Shown here: positions 1 through 8,232 of the stretch, piece by piece
Position numbering within the stretch: the stretch's first letter is position 1
How the letters are laid out: each line of letters begins with the position of its first letter
From: Geotalea daltonii FRC-32
GTDB taxonomy: Bacteria; Desulfobacterota; Desulfuromonadia; Geobacterales; Geobacteraceae
Direction of reading: 5' to 3'
DNA length: 32,000 nucleotides
Assembly: GCF_000022265.1 (NCBI RefSeq)
Contig: NC_011979.1
Span: 2,010,001-2,042,000, forward strand
The notes under the pieces: generated by a model
What the model was told of the DNA's origin: nothing
Database searches by the model: none
Seen by the model: only the letters and a program-made list of their open reading frames with translations
Position numbers and translations under genes: made by a program

Positions 1-2
1 TG

Positions 3-467
3 ATTGCCGAGTGGATTCATGCCGGAAAACCGTCGGCCCTTGGTTTCGGTTCGGGCGTGGTGGCGGGGCTGGTCGTCATCACCCCGGCAGCCGGTTTCGT
101 GCAACCCGGTGCGGCCCTGATCTTTGGCCTCGTTGCCGGTGTCGTCTGTTACGGTGGCGTCTTGCTCAAAGCCAGGATGAAATATGACGACTCCCTGGAT
201 GCCTTCGGCGTTCACGGCATCGGCGGCACCACCGGCGCCATCCTGACCGGCGTCTTTGCCACCGTCGGCGCCACCGGCCTTATGTCGGGCAATTTCAAGC
301 AGCTTGTGACCCAAATTATTGCCGTAGTGGCGGCAGGCGCCTATGCTTTTATCGTAACCCTGGTCATCGCCTTTGTTCTCGACAAGACTATTGGTCTCAG
401 GGTCGAAAAAGACGACGAGATCGTCGGACTCGACCAAACCCAGCATTCGGAAAGTGCCTACAACTGA
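3..467 (+). CDS. amtB: Ammonium transporter (Amt family), C-terminal fragment; 5' end lies outside the window
   Basis: The frame is open from the window edge; the track entry 57..467 only starts at the first internal start codon. The translation carries the Amt signature DDSLDAFGVHGIGGTTGAILTGVFA and hydrophobic TM helices. Stop codon at 465-467. Confidence 0.85.
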   Translation: MAEWIHAGKPSALGFGSGVVAGLVVITPAAGFVQPGAALIFGLVAGVVCYGGVLLKARMKYDDSLDAFGVHGIGGTTGAILTGVFATVGATGLMSGNFKQLVTQIIAVVAAGAYAFIVTLVIAFVLDKTIGLRVEKDDEIVGLDQTQHSESAYN

Positions 468-493
468 TCATCTGCAATCGCACTTGTCATACC

Positions 494-525
494 AGGCCGC
501 TTCCTTAAGGGGGCGGCCTTTTTTC
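494..525 (+). terminator. Rho-independent terminator after amtB
   Basis: GGCCGC (495-500) pairs with GCGGCC (513-518) and is followed by TTTTTT (519-524). The inner CCTTAAGG is also self-complementary. Confidence 0.6.
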
Positions 526-527
526 TT

Positions 528-544
528 TGCATGATTTTTGTGCA
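528..544. promoter_or_regulatory. Candidate enhancer-binding-protein (NtrC-like) site
   Basis: 17-mer TGCATGATTTTTGTGCA has TGCA ends with GCA-N9-TGC spacing, as in the enterobacterial NtrC consensus TGCACCA-N3-TGGTGCA. The right half matches well and the left half poorly. It lies about 95 bp upstream of the sigma-54-like element. Confidence 0.2.
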
Positions 545-628
545 GAAAGCTGCCTTGTTTTTACGCATCACTCAGCTATGCATAGGGCTTTATACTGATA
601 ACTAGCTGGAATTCTGTTCAGGTCCTCT

Positions 629-643
629 TGGCACGACTTGTGC
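629..643 (+). promoter_or_regulatory. Sigma-54 (-24/-12) type promoter candidate
   Basis: TGGCAC-gactt-GTGC has the correct GG-N10-GC spacing (GG 630-631, GC 642-643). It sits about 40 nt upstream of ATG 686. Confidence 0.45.
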
Positions 644-685
644 CTCGGAAAAGGCATCTAACGCGCCCCGGTTATGGGGGGATAA

Positions 686-1432
686 ATGGAAAAAAGTCTG
701 GGAAAAATAGTTGATGCCAACGGCCTGCTGCTGGACGAGCAGGTTCTGGAACAACTGGCGTTCAACGAAAAGATGGCTGAGCTGGGCAAGCTCTCAACCG
801 GGTTGGTGCATGAGCTGAATTCTCCCCTGTCGGTGATAGTTTCCGCTGCCCAGATGATCCTGCGCGAAGAGCAGCTTCCCGACTTCGTCAAGGAAATGGT
901 TGAACGGATCGGAATGGAGGCCCAGCGTTTGTCTCTTTTTACCAGAAGCCTCCTTTCCTTTGCCCGCAGCGACGCCGGTGTCGATTCGGAAGCGGATGTG
1001 AACCTGGTGCTGCAGGAGGTGATGGACTTTCTCAGGTATGAGGCCCGGAAAGACTCCATAATGGTGATCGAAGAAAAAGATTTCGACCTTCCACCCATTG
1101 CTGCCGACGCCAACAAGCTCAAGCAGGTATTCATCAACCTGATCATGAATGCTTTTCAGTCCATGGAAGACGGCGGGACGCTGCTGCTGAAAACCTACGC
1201 TGTCGATGGCCCTTTTGTGGCGGTGGAACTGGCCGATACCGGTAAAGGAATCCCTGTCGGGGCCATAGACCATATTTTCGAGCCCTTTTTCACCACCAAA
1301 GCGGCCAACGAAGGGACCGGCCTTGGCCTCTATATAACCCGTCACATCATCGAGCGCCTTGGCGGTAAAATACAAGTCCAGAGCGTCGTTAACGAGGGTA
1401 CGACGTTCACTCTCCTGTTTCCTCTCCCGTAA
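686..1432 (+). CDS. Small cytoplasmic histidine kinase (DHp + HATPase_c only, no sensor domain)
   Basis: H-box HELNSPLSVI, N-box FINLIMNAFQS, G-boxes DTGKGIP and GTGLGLYITRHIIERLGG. Only about 40 residues precede the phospho-acceptor His, with no TM or PAS. G-rich RBS before the ATG. Confidence 0.85.
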   Translation: MEKSLGKIVDANGLLLDEQVLEQLAFNEKMAELGKLSTGLVHELNSPLSVIVSAAQMILREEQLPDFVKEMVERIGMEAQRLSLFTRSLLSFARSDAGVDSEADVNLVLQEVMDFLRYEARKDSIMVIEEKDFDLPPIAADANKLKQVFINLIMNAFQSMEDGGTLLLKTYAVDGPFVAVELADTGKGIPVGAIDHIFEPFFTTKAANEGTGLGLYITRHIIERLGGKIQVQSVVNEGTTFTLLFPLP

Positions 1433-1521
1433 TTCCATCCGTTTAGCGTCGATTTTTCTGCTGACCCTTCTCCTTGGGGGAGAAGGTGGCCGATCCCAGC
1501 AGGGTTTTTCCCGTTATTTCT

Positions 1522-1552
1522 GCCGTTCATCTTGCCGATGGACGGCTTTTTT
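1522..1552 (+). terminator. Rho-independent terminator after the small kinase gene
   Basis: GCCGTTCATC (1522-1531) pairs with GATGGACGGC (1537-1546, one G-U pair). Loop TTGCC, then TTTTTT (1547-1552). Confidence 0.6.
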
Positions 1553-1620
1553 GTCCCTTGATTTATCATTTTTAACGGTTTAGCATACCGCAACTGCCAA
1601 TTCAAATGGAGGAATCGACA

Positions 1621-2418
1621 ATGCAGCAATATCTGGAAACAGCCGTCCGTGCCGCCAGGGCTGCCGGGGCAATGCAGAAGGAGCGGCTTTGGTCCGAGCA
1701 TGACATAGAGTTCAAGGGCGAGATCAACCTGGTGACGGAGGTGGACAAGGCCTGTGAAGACCTGATTGTCCGGACCATCCGCGCCGAGTTCCCCGATCAT
1801 GACATCCTGGCCGAAGAGAATGATTATGCCGCCGTCAACTCCCCATGCAAGTGGATCATCGATCCTTTGGACGGCACCACCAATTATGCCCATGGCTTTC
1901 CCTGGTTCTGCGTCTCCATTGCCCTTGAGATCGAGGGGATTGTCCAAACCGGTGTCGTCTACCACCCGATGATGGGTGAAATGTTCATCGCCATTAAAGG
2001 GCAGGGGGCCTTTGTCAACGGCAGACAGCTCCATGTCTCATCGAAGGGGCCGCTGAAGAACTGCCTGCTGGCCACCGGCTTCCCCTATGACCGGTCCTGG
2101 GACAACGAGAACAACTTCAACAACTTCATGAATTTCCAGATGACCGCCCGCGCCGTGCGTCGATTCGGCGCAGCTGCTCTTGATCTTGCCTATGTTGCTG
2201 CAGGGAGGCTGGATGGCTATTGGGAGTGCAAACTGAAGCCGTGGGATGTGGCGGCTGGACAGCTGCTGGTTTCCGAAGCCGGGGGAAAAGTTACCAATCA
2301 CGATCTTGAGCCTTTTTCCGTCTACGATCATCGCATTCTGGCCACAAATGGAATAATTCACCAGGAAATGGCCGGGGTGCTGGCAAGCAAGGAAAGTCGC
2401 TCCGCTCTCGCCGATTGA
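1621..2418 (+). CDS. suhB: Inositol monophosphatase family protein (SuhB-like)
   Basis: IMPase motifs WIIDPLDGTTNYAHGFP and WDVAAG. GGAGGA (1608-1613) lies 7 nt before ATG 1621, so the track start at 1606 overlaps the RBS and is less likely. Confidence 0.8.
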   Translation: MQQYLETAVRAARAAGAMQKERLWSEHDIEFKGEINLVTEVDKACEDLIVRTIRAEFPDHDILAEENDYAAVNSPCKWIIDPLDGTTNYAHGFPWFCVSIALEIEGIVQTGVVYHPMMGEMFIAIKGQGAFVNGRQLHVSSKGPLKNCLLATGFPYDRSWDNENNFNNFMNFQMTARAVRRFGAAALDLAYVAAGRLDGYWECKLKPWDVAAGQLLVSEAGGKVTNHDLEPFSVYDHRILATNGIIHQEMAGVLASKESRSALAD

Positions 2419-2542
2419 TACCATCCTGTCTAAACCGGCGTCTGCCACCATGGAGGCGCTGCACCATTCCCTCATTCCCCTTGCCCCCTGATAATGAATA
2501 TGTTAAAAGTGTTGCACAAATAACACACAAGGGGGTCGGGCC

Positions 2543-3736
2543 ATGGCCATAGCAACAAAAATTCAGGCATCCATCGAGAGCGCCTCATGGATTCGCAAGA
2601 TGTTCGAGGAAGGGGAACGGCTACGCAAGATCCATGGCGCCGACAATGTCTATGACTTCACCCTCGGCAATCCCAATATAGAGCCGCCGGCTGAATTTTA
2701 CGCCGAGTTCCGCAGCCTGGCCCAGAATCCGCTGCCGGGCATGCACCGTTACATGAGCAACGCCGGTTACGAAGATACACGCCGGGCGGTGGCGGAATTC
2801 ATGGCCGGGGCATCGGGCCAGGCAGTCACCGCTGGCCAGGTAATGATGGCCTGCGGTGCCAGCGGTGCCCTGAATGTTGTGTTGAAGACCATCCTCAACC
2901 CCGGCGAAGAGGTGATCATTCTCACCCCCCATTTCGTCGAGTATAAATTCTATATCGACAATCACGGTGGCGTTCCGCGAGAGGTCTGGACTGACCGCAA
3001 GACCTTCCAGCTCGATCTTGCCGCCATCGAGGCCGCCATCAACAGCAAGACCAGGGCCATCATCGTCAACAATCCCAATAACCCGACCGGCGTCGTTTAT
3101 AGTGCAGAGAGCCTGAAACAGCTGGGGGACCTGGTGCAGAAAAAAGAGCGGGTGCTGGAGCGGCAGATCTATGTCATCTCAGATGAGCCCTATTCCCGCA
3201 TCGCTTACGATGGCAAACAGGTGCCGAATATATTCAACGCCGTCGACAACTCGGTCATCGTTACCTCACATTCCAAGGATCTGGCCCTGCCCGGAGAGCG
3301 GATCGGCTTCCTGGTTGCCAATCCGCGCATGACCCATGTGGATCTGTTCATGGAAGGCGCCGTTTTCTGCAACCGCACCTTGGGCTTCGTCAACGCTCCG
3401 GCCCTGATGCAGCGGCTGGTGGCCAAACTGCAGCACGCCTCGGTGGATATGAAGGCATACGAGCGGAAGCGGGACCTGCTCTACAACAACCTCACCGCCA
3501 TGGGCTTCAGGATGGTCAAGCCCGACGGGGCCTTCTACCTCTTTCCCCAGTCCCCCCTTGCCGATGACGTTGAGTTCGTAAAGGCCGCCCAGAAGCACAA
3601 CATCCTCCTGGTCCCCGGAGCGGGCTTCGGCGCCCCCGGCTTCTTCCGCATCGCCTACTGCGTGGATGAAGCCATGATTGAGCGGAGCCTTCCTGCCTGG
3701 CAGGCCCTGGCCGAGGAAGTGGGGATTAAACAGTGA
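2543..3736 (+). CDS. PLP-dependent aminotransferase, class I/II (aspartate/aromatic aminotransferase-like)
   Basis: NNPNNPTG motif, SHSKDLALPGERIGF (PLP-lysine region), FRIAY near the C-terminus. 397 aa. AAGGGGG RBS. Confidence 0.85.
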   Translation: MAIATKIQASIESASWIRKMFEEGERLRKIHGADNVYDFTLGNPNIEPPAEFYAEFRSLAQNPLPGMHRYMSNAGYEDTRRAVAEFMAGASGQAVTAGQVMMACGASGALNVVLKTILNPGEEVIILTPHFVEYKFYIDNHGGVPREVWTDRKTFQLDLAAIEAAINSKTRAIIVNNPNNPTGVVYSAESLKQLGDLVQKKERVLERQIYVISDEPYSRIAYDGKQVPNIFNAVDNSVIVTSHSKDLALPGERIGFLVANPRMTHVDLFMEGAVFCNRTLGFVNAPALMQRLVAKLQHASVDMKAYERKRDLLYNNLTAMGFRMVKPDGAFYLFPQSPLADDVEFVKAAQKHNILLVPGAGFGAPGFFRIAYCVDEAMIERSLPAWQALAEEVGIKQ

Positions 3737-3775
3737 TTGGTGATTGGTGATTGGTGATTGGTGACTGGTGACTGG
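3734..3775. repeat. Tandem heptamer array (TGATTGG)x4 (TGACTGG)x2
   Basis: Six perfect head-to-tail 7-mers read directly. The first unit contains the TGA stop of the aminotransferase. Confidence 0.95.
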
Positions 3776-3786
3776 GGACGGAATTT

Positions 3787-3814
3787 GAACTTCGAACTCC
3801 GAACTTCGAACTTT
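3787..3814. repeat. Tandem heptamer array GAACTTC GAACTCC GAACTTC GAACTTT
   Basis: Four head-to-tail 7-mers read directly. Confidence 0.9.
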
Positions 3815-3821
3815 GACCAAG

Positions 3822-3849
3822 AACCTAGAACATAGAACATAGAACTGGG
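3822..3849. repeat. Tandem heptamer array AACCTAG AACATAG AACATAG AACTGGG
   Basis: Four head-to-tail 7-mers (two perfect, two degenerate). The array ends 7 nt before ATG 3857. Confidence 0.85.
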
Positions 3850-3856
3850 GTTAAAG

Positions 3857-5227
3857 ATGAGCGCAACGATATTGGTGGTGGACGATGAGGAGAGCATCCG
3901 CACTTCTCTGGCCGGAATTCTTGAAGACGAGGGTTACAAGACAGCCTTTGCCGTGGATGGTGTCGAGGCCCTGACCGTGGTCCAGCAGGAGATGCCTAGC
4001 CTGGTGCTCCTGGACATCTGGATGCCGCGCATGGACGGTATGCAGACGCTGCAGAAACTGAAGGACCTTTATCCAAACCTGACCGTGGTGATGATGTCGG
4101 GCCACGGCACCATCGAGACCGCGGTCAGATCGACAAAAATGGGGGCCTATGATTTTGTCGAGAAGCCCCTGTCTCTGGAGAAGGTTCTCGTCTGCGTCAA
4201 TAATGCCATCAGCATGAGCAGGCTCAAGGAAGAGAACACCTCCTTGCGCAGCATCGTCCTCAAGGATCATGAGATGATCGGCAACTCAGCGCCCATGAAG
4301 CAGTTGCGCGAGCACATCAGGCTGGCCGCCCCCACTAACGCATCGGTCCTTATCACCGGTGAAAACGGCACCGGCAAGGAACTGGTAGCCCGCTCCATCC
4401 ACTATGGCAGCCAGCGAGGGGACAAGCCCTTCATCGAGATCAACTGTGCCGCCATTCCTGAGGAGCTGATCGAGTCCGAGCTGTTCGGCCACGAAAAAGG
4501 GGCCTTTACCGGCGCCATTGCCCAAAAGAAGGGTAAATTCGACCTTGCCGACGGTGGCACCATCTTTCTCGATGAAATTGGCGATATGTCCCTGAAGACC
4601 CAGGCCAAGGTCTTGCGCATTCTCCAGGAGCGGAAGTTCGAGCGTGTAGGCGGCACCAGAGTGGTGGAGGTGGATGTGCGGATAATTGCCGCCACCAACA
4701 AGGTATTGGAGGAGGAAATCCGATCGGGCCACTTCCGCGAGGACCTTTTTTACCGGTTGAATGTCGTGCCGTTTCACGTGTCCCCCCTACGGGAGCGGCA
4801 GGATGACATTCCCCTGCTTGTGGAGCACTTCCTGGATAACTTCTGCCGGCGGGAAGGTCGTGACCGCAAAACCGTCGTTCCCGAGGCTGTGGAGCTGATG
4901 AAGCGCTACGAGTGGCCGGGCAACGTCCGCGAACTGAAAAACATCATCGAAAGGCTGGTGATCATGACCCCCGGCCGCACCATATCCGCCGCGCAGGTTC
5001 CCTCCTATATCGGAGCTCACGAAGGTCCACGGGATGGGGGAAAACATGGCAGTGCCCTGGAACTGAGCTCCCTGCGAGAGGCCCGGGAGGAGTTCGAGAA
5101 GGAGTTCATCATCCAAAAACTGGAAGAGAACGACTGGAACATCAGCAAGACCGCCGATGTCATCGAGCTGGAACGGAGTAACCTGCACCGCAAGATCAAG
5201 AGCTACGGCATCGATATGAAGAAGTAA
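3857..5227 (+). CDS. Sigma-54-dependent response regulator (REC + AAA+ activator + Fis-type HTH; NtrC family)
   Basis: REC domain (VVDDEESIR ... LLDIWMPRMDG), Walker A GENGTGKE, GAFTGA loop (EKGAFTGA), C-terminal HTH NISKTADVIELERSNLHRKIK. Confidence 0.9.
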   Translation: MSATILVVDDEESIRTSLAGILEDEGYKTAFAVDGVEALTVVQQEMPSLVLLDIWMPRMDGMQTLQKLKDLYPNLTVVMMSGHGTIETAVRSTKMGAYDFVEKPLSLEKVLVCVNNAISMSRLKEENTSLRSIVLKDHEMIGNSAPMKQLREHIRLAAPTNASVLITGENGTGKELVARSIHYGSQRGDKPFIEINCAAIPEELIESELFGHEKGAFTGAIAQKKGKFDLADGGTIFLDEIGDMSLKTQAKVLRILQERKFERVGGTRVVEVDVRIIAATNKVLEEEIRSGHFREDLFYRLNVVPFHVSPLRERQDDIPLLVEHFLDNFCRREGRDRKTVVPEAVELMKRYEWPGNVRELKNIIERLVIMTPGRTISAAQVPSYIGAHEGPRDGGKHGSALELSSLREAREEFEKEFIIQKLEENDWNISKTADVIELERSNLHRKIKSYGIDMKK

Positions 5228-5382
5228 CCTTGTTGCCTGCCGCTCCGACGCTGCCGGTGGCCGGAGTGGCCGGTATCCCATCCCGCTTTCACTCTGCTGT
5301 TTTCATTAGATAATTTGTGTTTTCCCGAATCGGTTCTACTATTTAGGTAGAAGTTATCGCCACCATTGCATTTCTGAGCCAT

Positions 5383-8136
5383 ATGCACCCGGAGGCAGAA
5401 ATCAAAATGGAGCGTCGCCTGCGATGCTTTGCCGTCGGGGCCGGAGCCGTTGCTGCGGCAATTGGTGTCGTCTGTCTCCTCGCCTGGCTCTCCGGCGCCA
5501 TGACCTACCGCGGTTTATCCAGCCTGACAATCAAAACCAACGCCTCACTCTGTTTGATTCTATGTGGTACGGCCCTGATGCAGGCAGTGCCAGCCGACCC
5601 CTCTCCCCTATTGCGCTGGACAGCACGCTGTTTTGCGGCAATTTGCCTGGTGGTGGGAGGGCTGACGGTCATGGAATACCTTCCCGGCTGGGAACTGGCC
5701 ATCGACCAGCTGTTGGCTGTCGAGCCCCCCGGCGCACTGGGTGTCGTAAGCCCCAATCGCATGGGGCTGCCTGCCGCTGTCAGTTTTACCCTGGGAGGAA
5801 TCGCCATTTTATTCCTTCTGCACACCCCCAGGCCTTTGGTGCGCCAGAGCCAGTGGATCGGCATCATACTATGCCTGATTGCACTGCTGGGCCTGCTTGG
5901 CTATATCTATGGGGCCAGAGCATTTCATGGCGTTTCCAGTTATACGTTTGTTGCGTGGCCGACTGCCATAGCCATTGCCTTTCTTGGAGCAGGGCTCCTC
6001 TGCGCACGACCTAAGGAGGGGCTCATGGTTTCGATCACCTCTGCTGATGCGGGAGGTGTTGCAATCCGGCGGTTGCTTGCAGCCGCGATTCTGGTTCCCA
6101 TAGCTCTGGGATGGCTTCATCTGCAGGGGGAGTCGCACGGGTTTTACGGGCGCATTTCCGGCACCAGGTTCCTGGTGATAGCCTGGATCGTCATCTTCTC
6201 ATGGCTGGTGCATCAGACAGCGAAACGTCTTTTCCGCGCAGACGAGGCGAAGCGATCGGCACTGACGGCGCTTCAACGGACCCAGGCCCTTCTCCTGGAG
6301 GCAGAAAGACTCTCCCACACCGGCGCCTGGGAGTGGGACCTGACCAGCGACATCTGGACCTTTTCCGACGAATGGCAGCGGCTTCACGGCACCCGTGACC
6401 GGTCCCTGCGTCCCGACGAACTCTTTTCCATCGCCCATCCCGAAGACCGTCCGGCCATACGGTCAGCATTTGATGCGTTGCGCCGGGGGGCAAGCCCATA
6501 CGAGATGGAGCACAGGATCGTTCGCCAGGACACTGGCGAGGTGCGTACCGTCAAGGCCAGTGGCCAGTATCTCAGGGACAGATCTGGCCGGGTGGTGAAA
6601 ATATATGGGTTCGTTCAGGACATCACCGAGCAGAAACGGGCCGAGGATGAGCTGCGGAAGAGCGAAGCACGCCTGAGTACGGCACTGGATAACCTTCGTG
6701 AGGGTGTCGTCATCGCCACCGAGCGGGGGGAGGTGTTCTACTGGAATCCGTCGGGCTGGATGATGCATGGCTATGCCAATCCCGAAGAAGGACGCCGTCA
6801 TCTTGCCGAGTTTGAGCAGATATTTCAACTCTCCCTGGCCGACGGCCGGGTACTGACACTCGATGAGTGGCCCATGCTCCGCATCATCCGGGGGGAAAAG
6901 GTGCAGAACTTGGAACTCCGGTTGCGCCGCCTGGATCAAGAGTGGGAGAGGGTGGTCTCTTATTCCGGCACCATTCTCCAGACCCTGGGGGAAGAGCGCC
7001 TCGTCTATCTGTCCATATGTGACATGACGGAGCAGAGGCGGGCGGAAGAGGCCCTGCAGGAACGGGAGGAGCGGTTGAGGATTTTTATCGAGCACGCCCC
7101 TGCCGCCCTTGCCATGTTCGACCGGCAGATGCGCTACGTGCATGTGAGCCGGCGCTGGCTTACGGACTATGACCTGGAAGGGCGCAATCTGCGCGGCATA
7201 TGCCATTATCAGGTCTTTCCCGAGATCCCCGACCACTGGCGCCAGGTCCATGCCCGTGCCTTGGCAGGGGAGATTTTACGGGCCGATGAGGACCAATTTG
7301 TTCGCAGCGATGGTTCCATTCAGTGGGTCAGGTGGGAGGTGCGCCCCTGGCAGGACGCCAGCGGAAGAGTTGCCGGAATACTGGTATTCAGTGAGGATAT
7401 CACCCACCGCAAGCACGCAGAGCAGGAGCGGGAGCGGCTGATTACCGAATTGCAGCAGTCGAACGCAGAACTGCAGCAGTTTGCCTACGTCTCGTCCCAT
7501 GACCTTCAGGAGCCCATTCGCATGGTAACCAGTTACGTCCAGCTTCTGCAGAAACGCTACCAGGGAAAACTGGATGAAAAGGCAGAGATGTACATCTCGT
7601 TTATTGTCGAGGCCGCCCATCGCATGTCGTGCCTCATCAACGACCTGCTTGCCCTGTCCCGGGTGGGAAGGCGGGAACGGGAGTTCATGCCGGTAGAAAC
7701 GGAACTGGTGGTGAAGGAGGCGCTGGATAACCTGCGGTTTGCCATGGAGGAAAGCGGGGCACGGATAACGAAAGACACGCTGCCGATGGTCATGGGGGAC
7801 CCAGTGCAGTTGCTGCAGCTCTTCCAGAATCTGCTCGGCAATGCCATCAAATACAGGAAAAAAGAGGTGACCCCAGAGGTGCATATCTCGGCAGAACGGA
7901 AGAAAAATCAGTGGCTATTCGGGATTCACGACAACGGCATCGGCATCGAGCCCCAATACCATGAGCGAATTTTTGTCATCTTTCAGCGGCTGCACCAGAG
8001 GGAGGAATACCAGGGGACCGGCATCGGGCTCGCTATCTGTCAGAAGATCGTGGAAAATCATGGCGGCAGAATCTGGGTAGAGTCAAAGCCCGGCCTGGGC
8101 AGTACCTTTTTCTTTTCCCTTCCCATCAATAAATGA
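5383..8136 (+). CDS. Membrane-bound sensor histidine kinase: N-terminal multi-pass membrane module (~290 aa), three PAS domains, HisKA, HATPase_c
   Basis: About 8 hydrophobic helices in aa 10-290. PAS-like repeats each end in a D-I/M-T-E/H-x-K/R-x-x-E junction. H-box FAYVSSHDLQEPIRMV, G-box GTGIGLAICQKIVENHGGRIWVES. The start could instead be ATG 5407 (GGAGG upstream). Confidence 0.85.
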   Translation: MHPEAEIKMERRLRCFAVGAGAVAAAIGVVCLLAWLSGAMTYRGLSSLTIKTNASLCLILCGTALMQAVPADPSPLLRWTARCFAAICLVVGGLTVMEYLPGWELAIDQLLAVEPPGALGVVSPNRMGLPAAVSFTLGGIAILFLLHTPRPLVRQSQWIGIILCLIALLGLLGYIYGARAFHGVSSYTFVAWPTAIAIAFLGAGLLCARPKEGLMVSITSADAGGVAIRRLLAAAILVPIALGWLHLQGESHGFYGRISGTRFLVIAWIVIFSWLVHQTAKRLFRADEAKRSALTALQRTQALLLEAERLSHTGAWEWDLTSDIWTFSDEWQRLHGTRDRSLRPDELFSIAHPEDRPAIRSAFDALRRGASPYEMEHRIVRQDTGEVRTVKASGQYLRDRSGRVVKIYGFVQDITEQKRAEDELRKSEARLSTALDNLREGVVIATERGEVFYWNPSGWMMHGYANPEEGRRHLAEFEQIFQLSLADGRVLTLDEWPMLRIIRGEKVQNLELRLRRLDQEWERVVSYSGTILQTLGEERLVYLSICDMTEQRRAEEALQEREERLRIFIEHAPAALAMFDRQMRYVHVSRRWLTDYDLEGRNLRGICHYQVFPEIPDHWRQVHARALAGEILRADEDQFVRSDGSIQWVRWEVRPWQDASGRVAGILVFSEDITHRKHAEQERERLITELQQSNAELQQFAYVSSHDLQEPIRMVTSYVQLLQKRYQGKLDEKAEMYISFIVEAAHRMSCLINDLLALSRVGRREREFMPVETELVVKEALDNLRFAMEESGARITKDTLPMVMGDPVQLLQLFQNLLGNAIKYRKKEVTPEVHISAERKKNQWLFGIHDNGIGIEPQYHERIFVIFQRLHQREEYQGTGIGLAICQKIVENHGGRIWVESKPGLGSTFFFSLPINK

Positions 8137-8232
8137 AGCCCGCCTGCACATAACCCTCATCATCCGGAAACTCAATGCTTCACTCCATTGCCGTTCCTGA
8201 GAGGGAGGATAAAATTAAAGAGAATTAAATAA

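Noticed and set aside
794-2034. Minus-strand ORFs 794..1438, 658..1146 and 1342..2034 overlapping the small kinase and suhB
   Set aside because: The plus-strand products have complete, ordered catalytic motifs. The antisense products have none.
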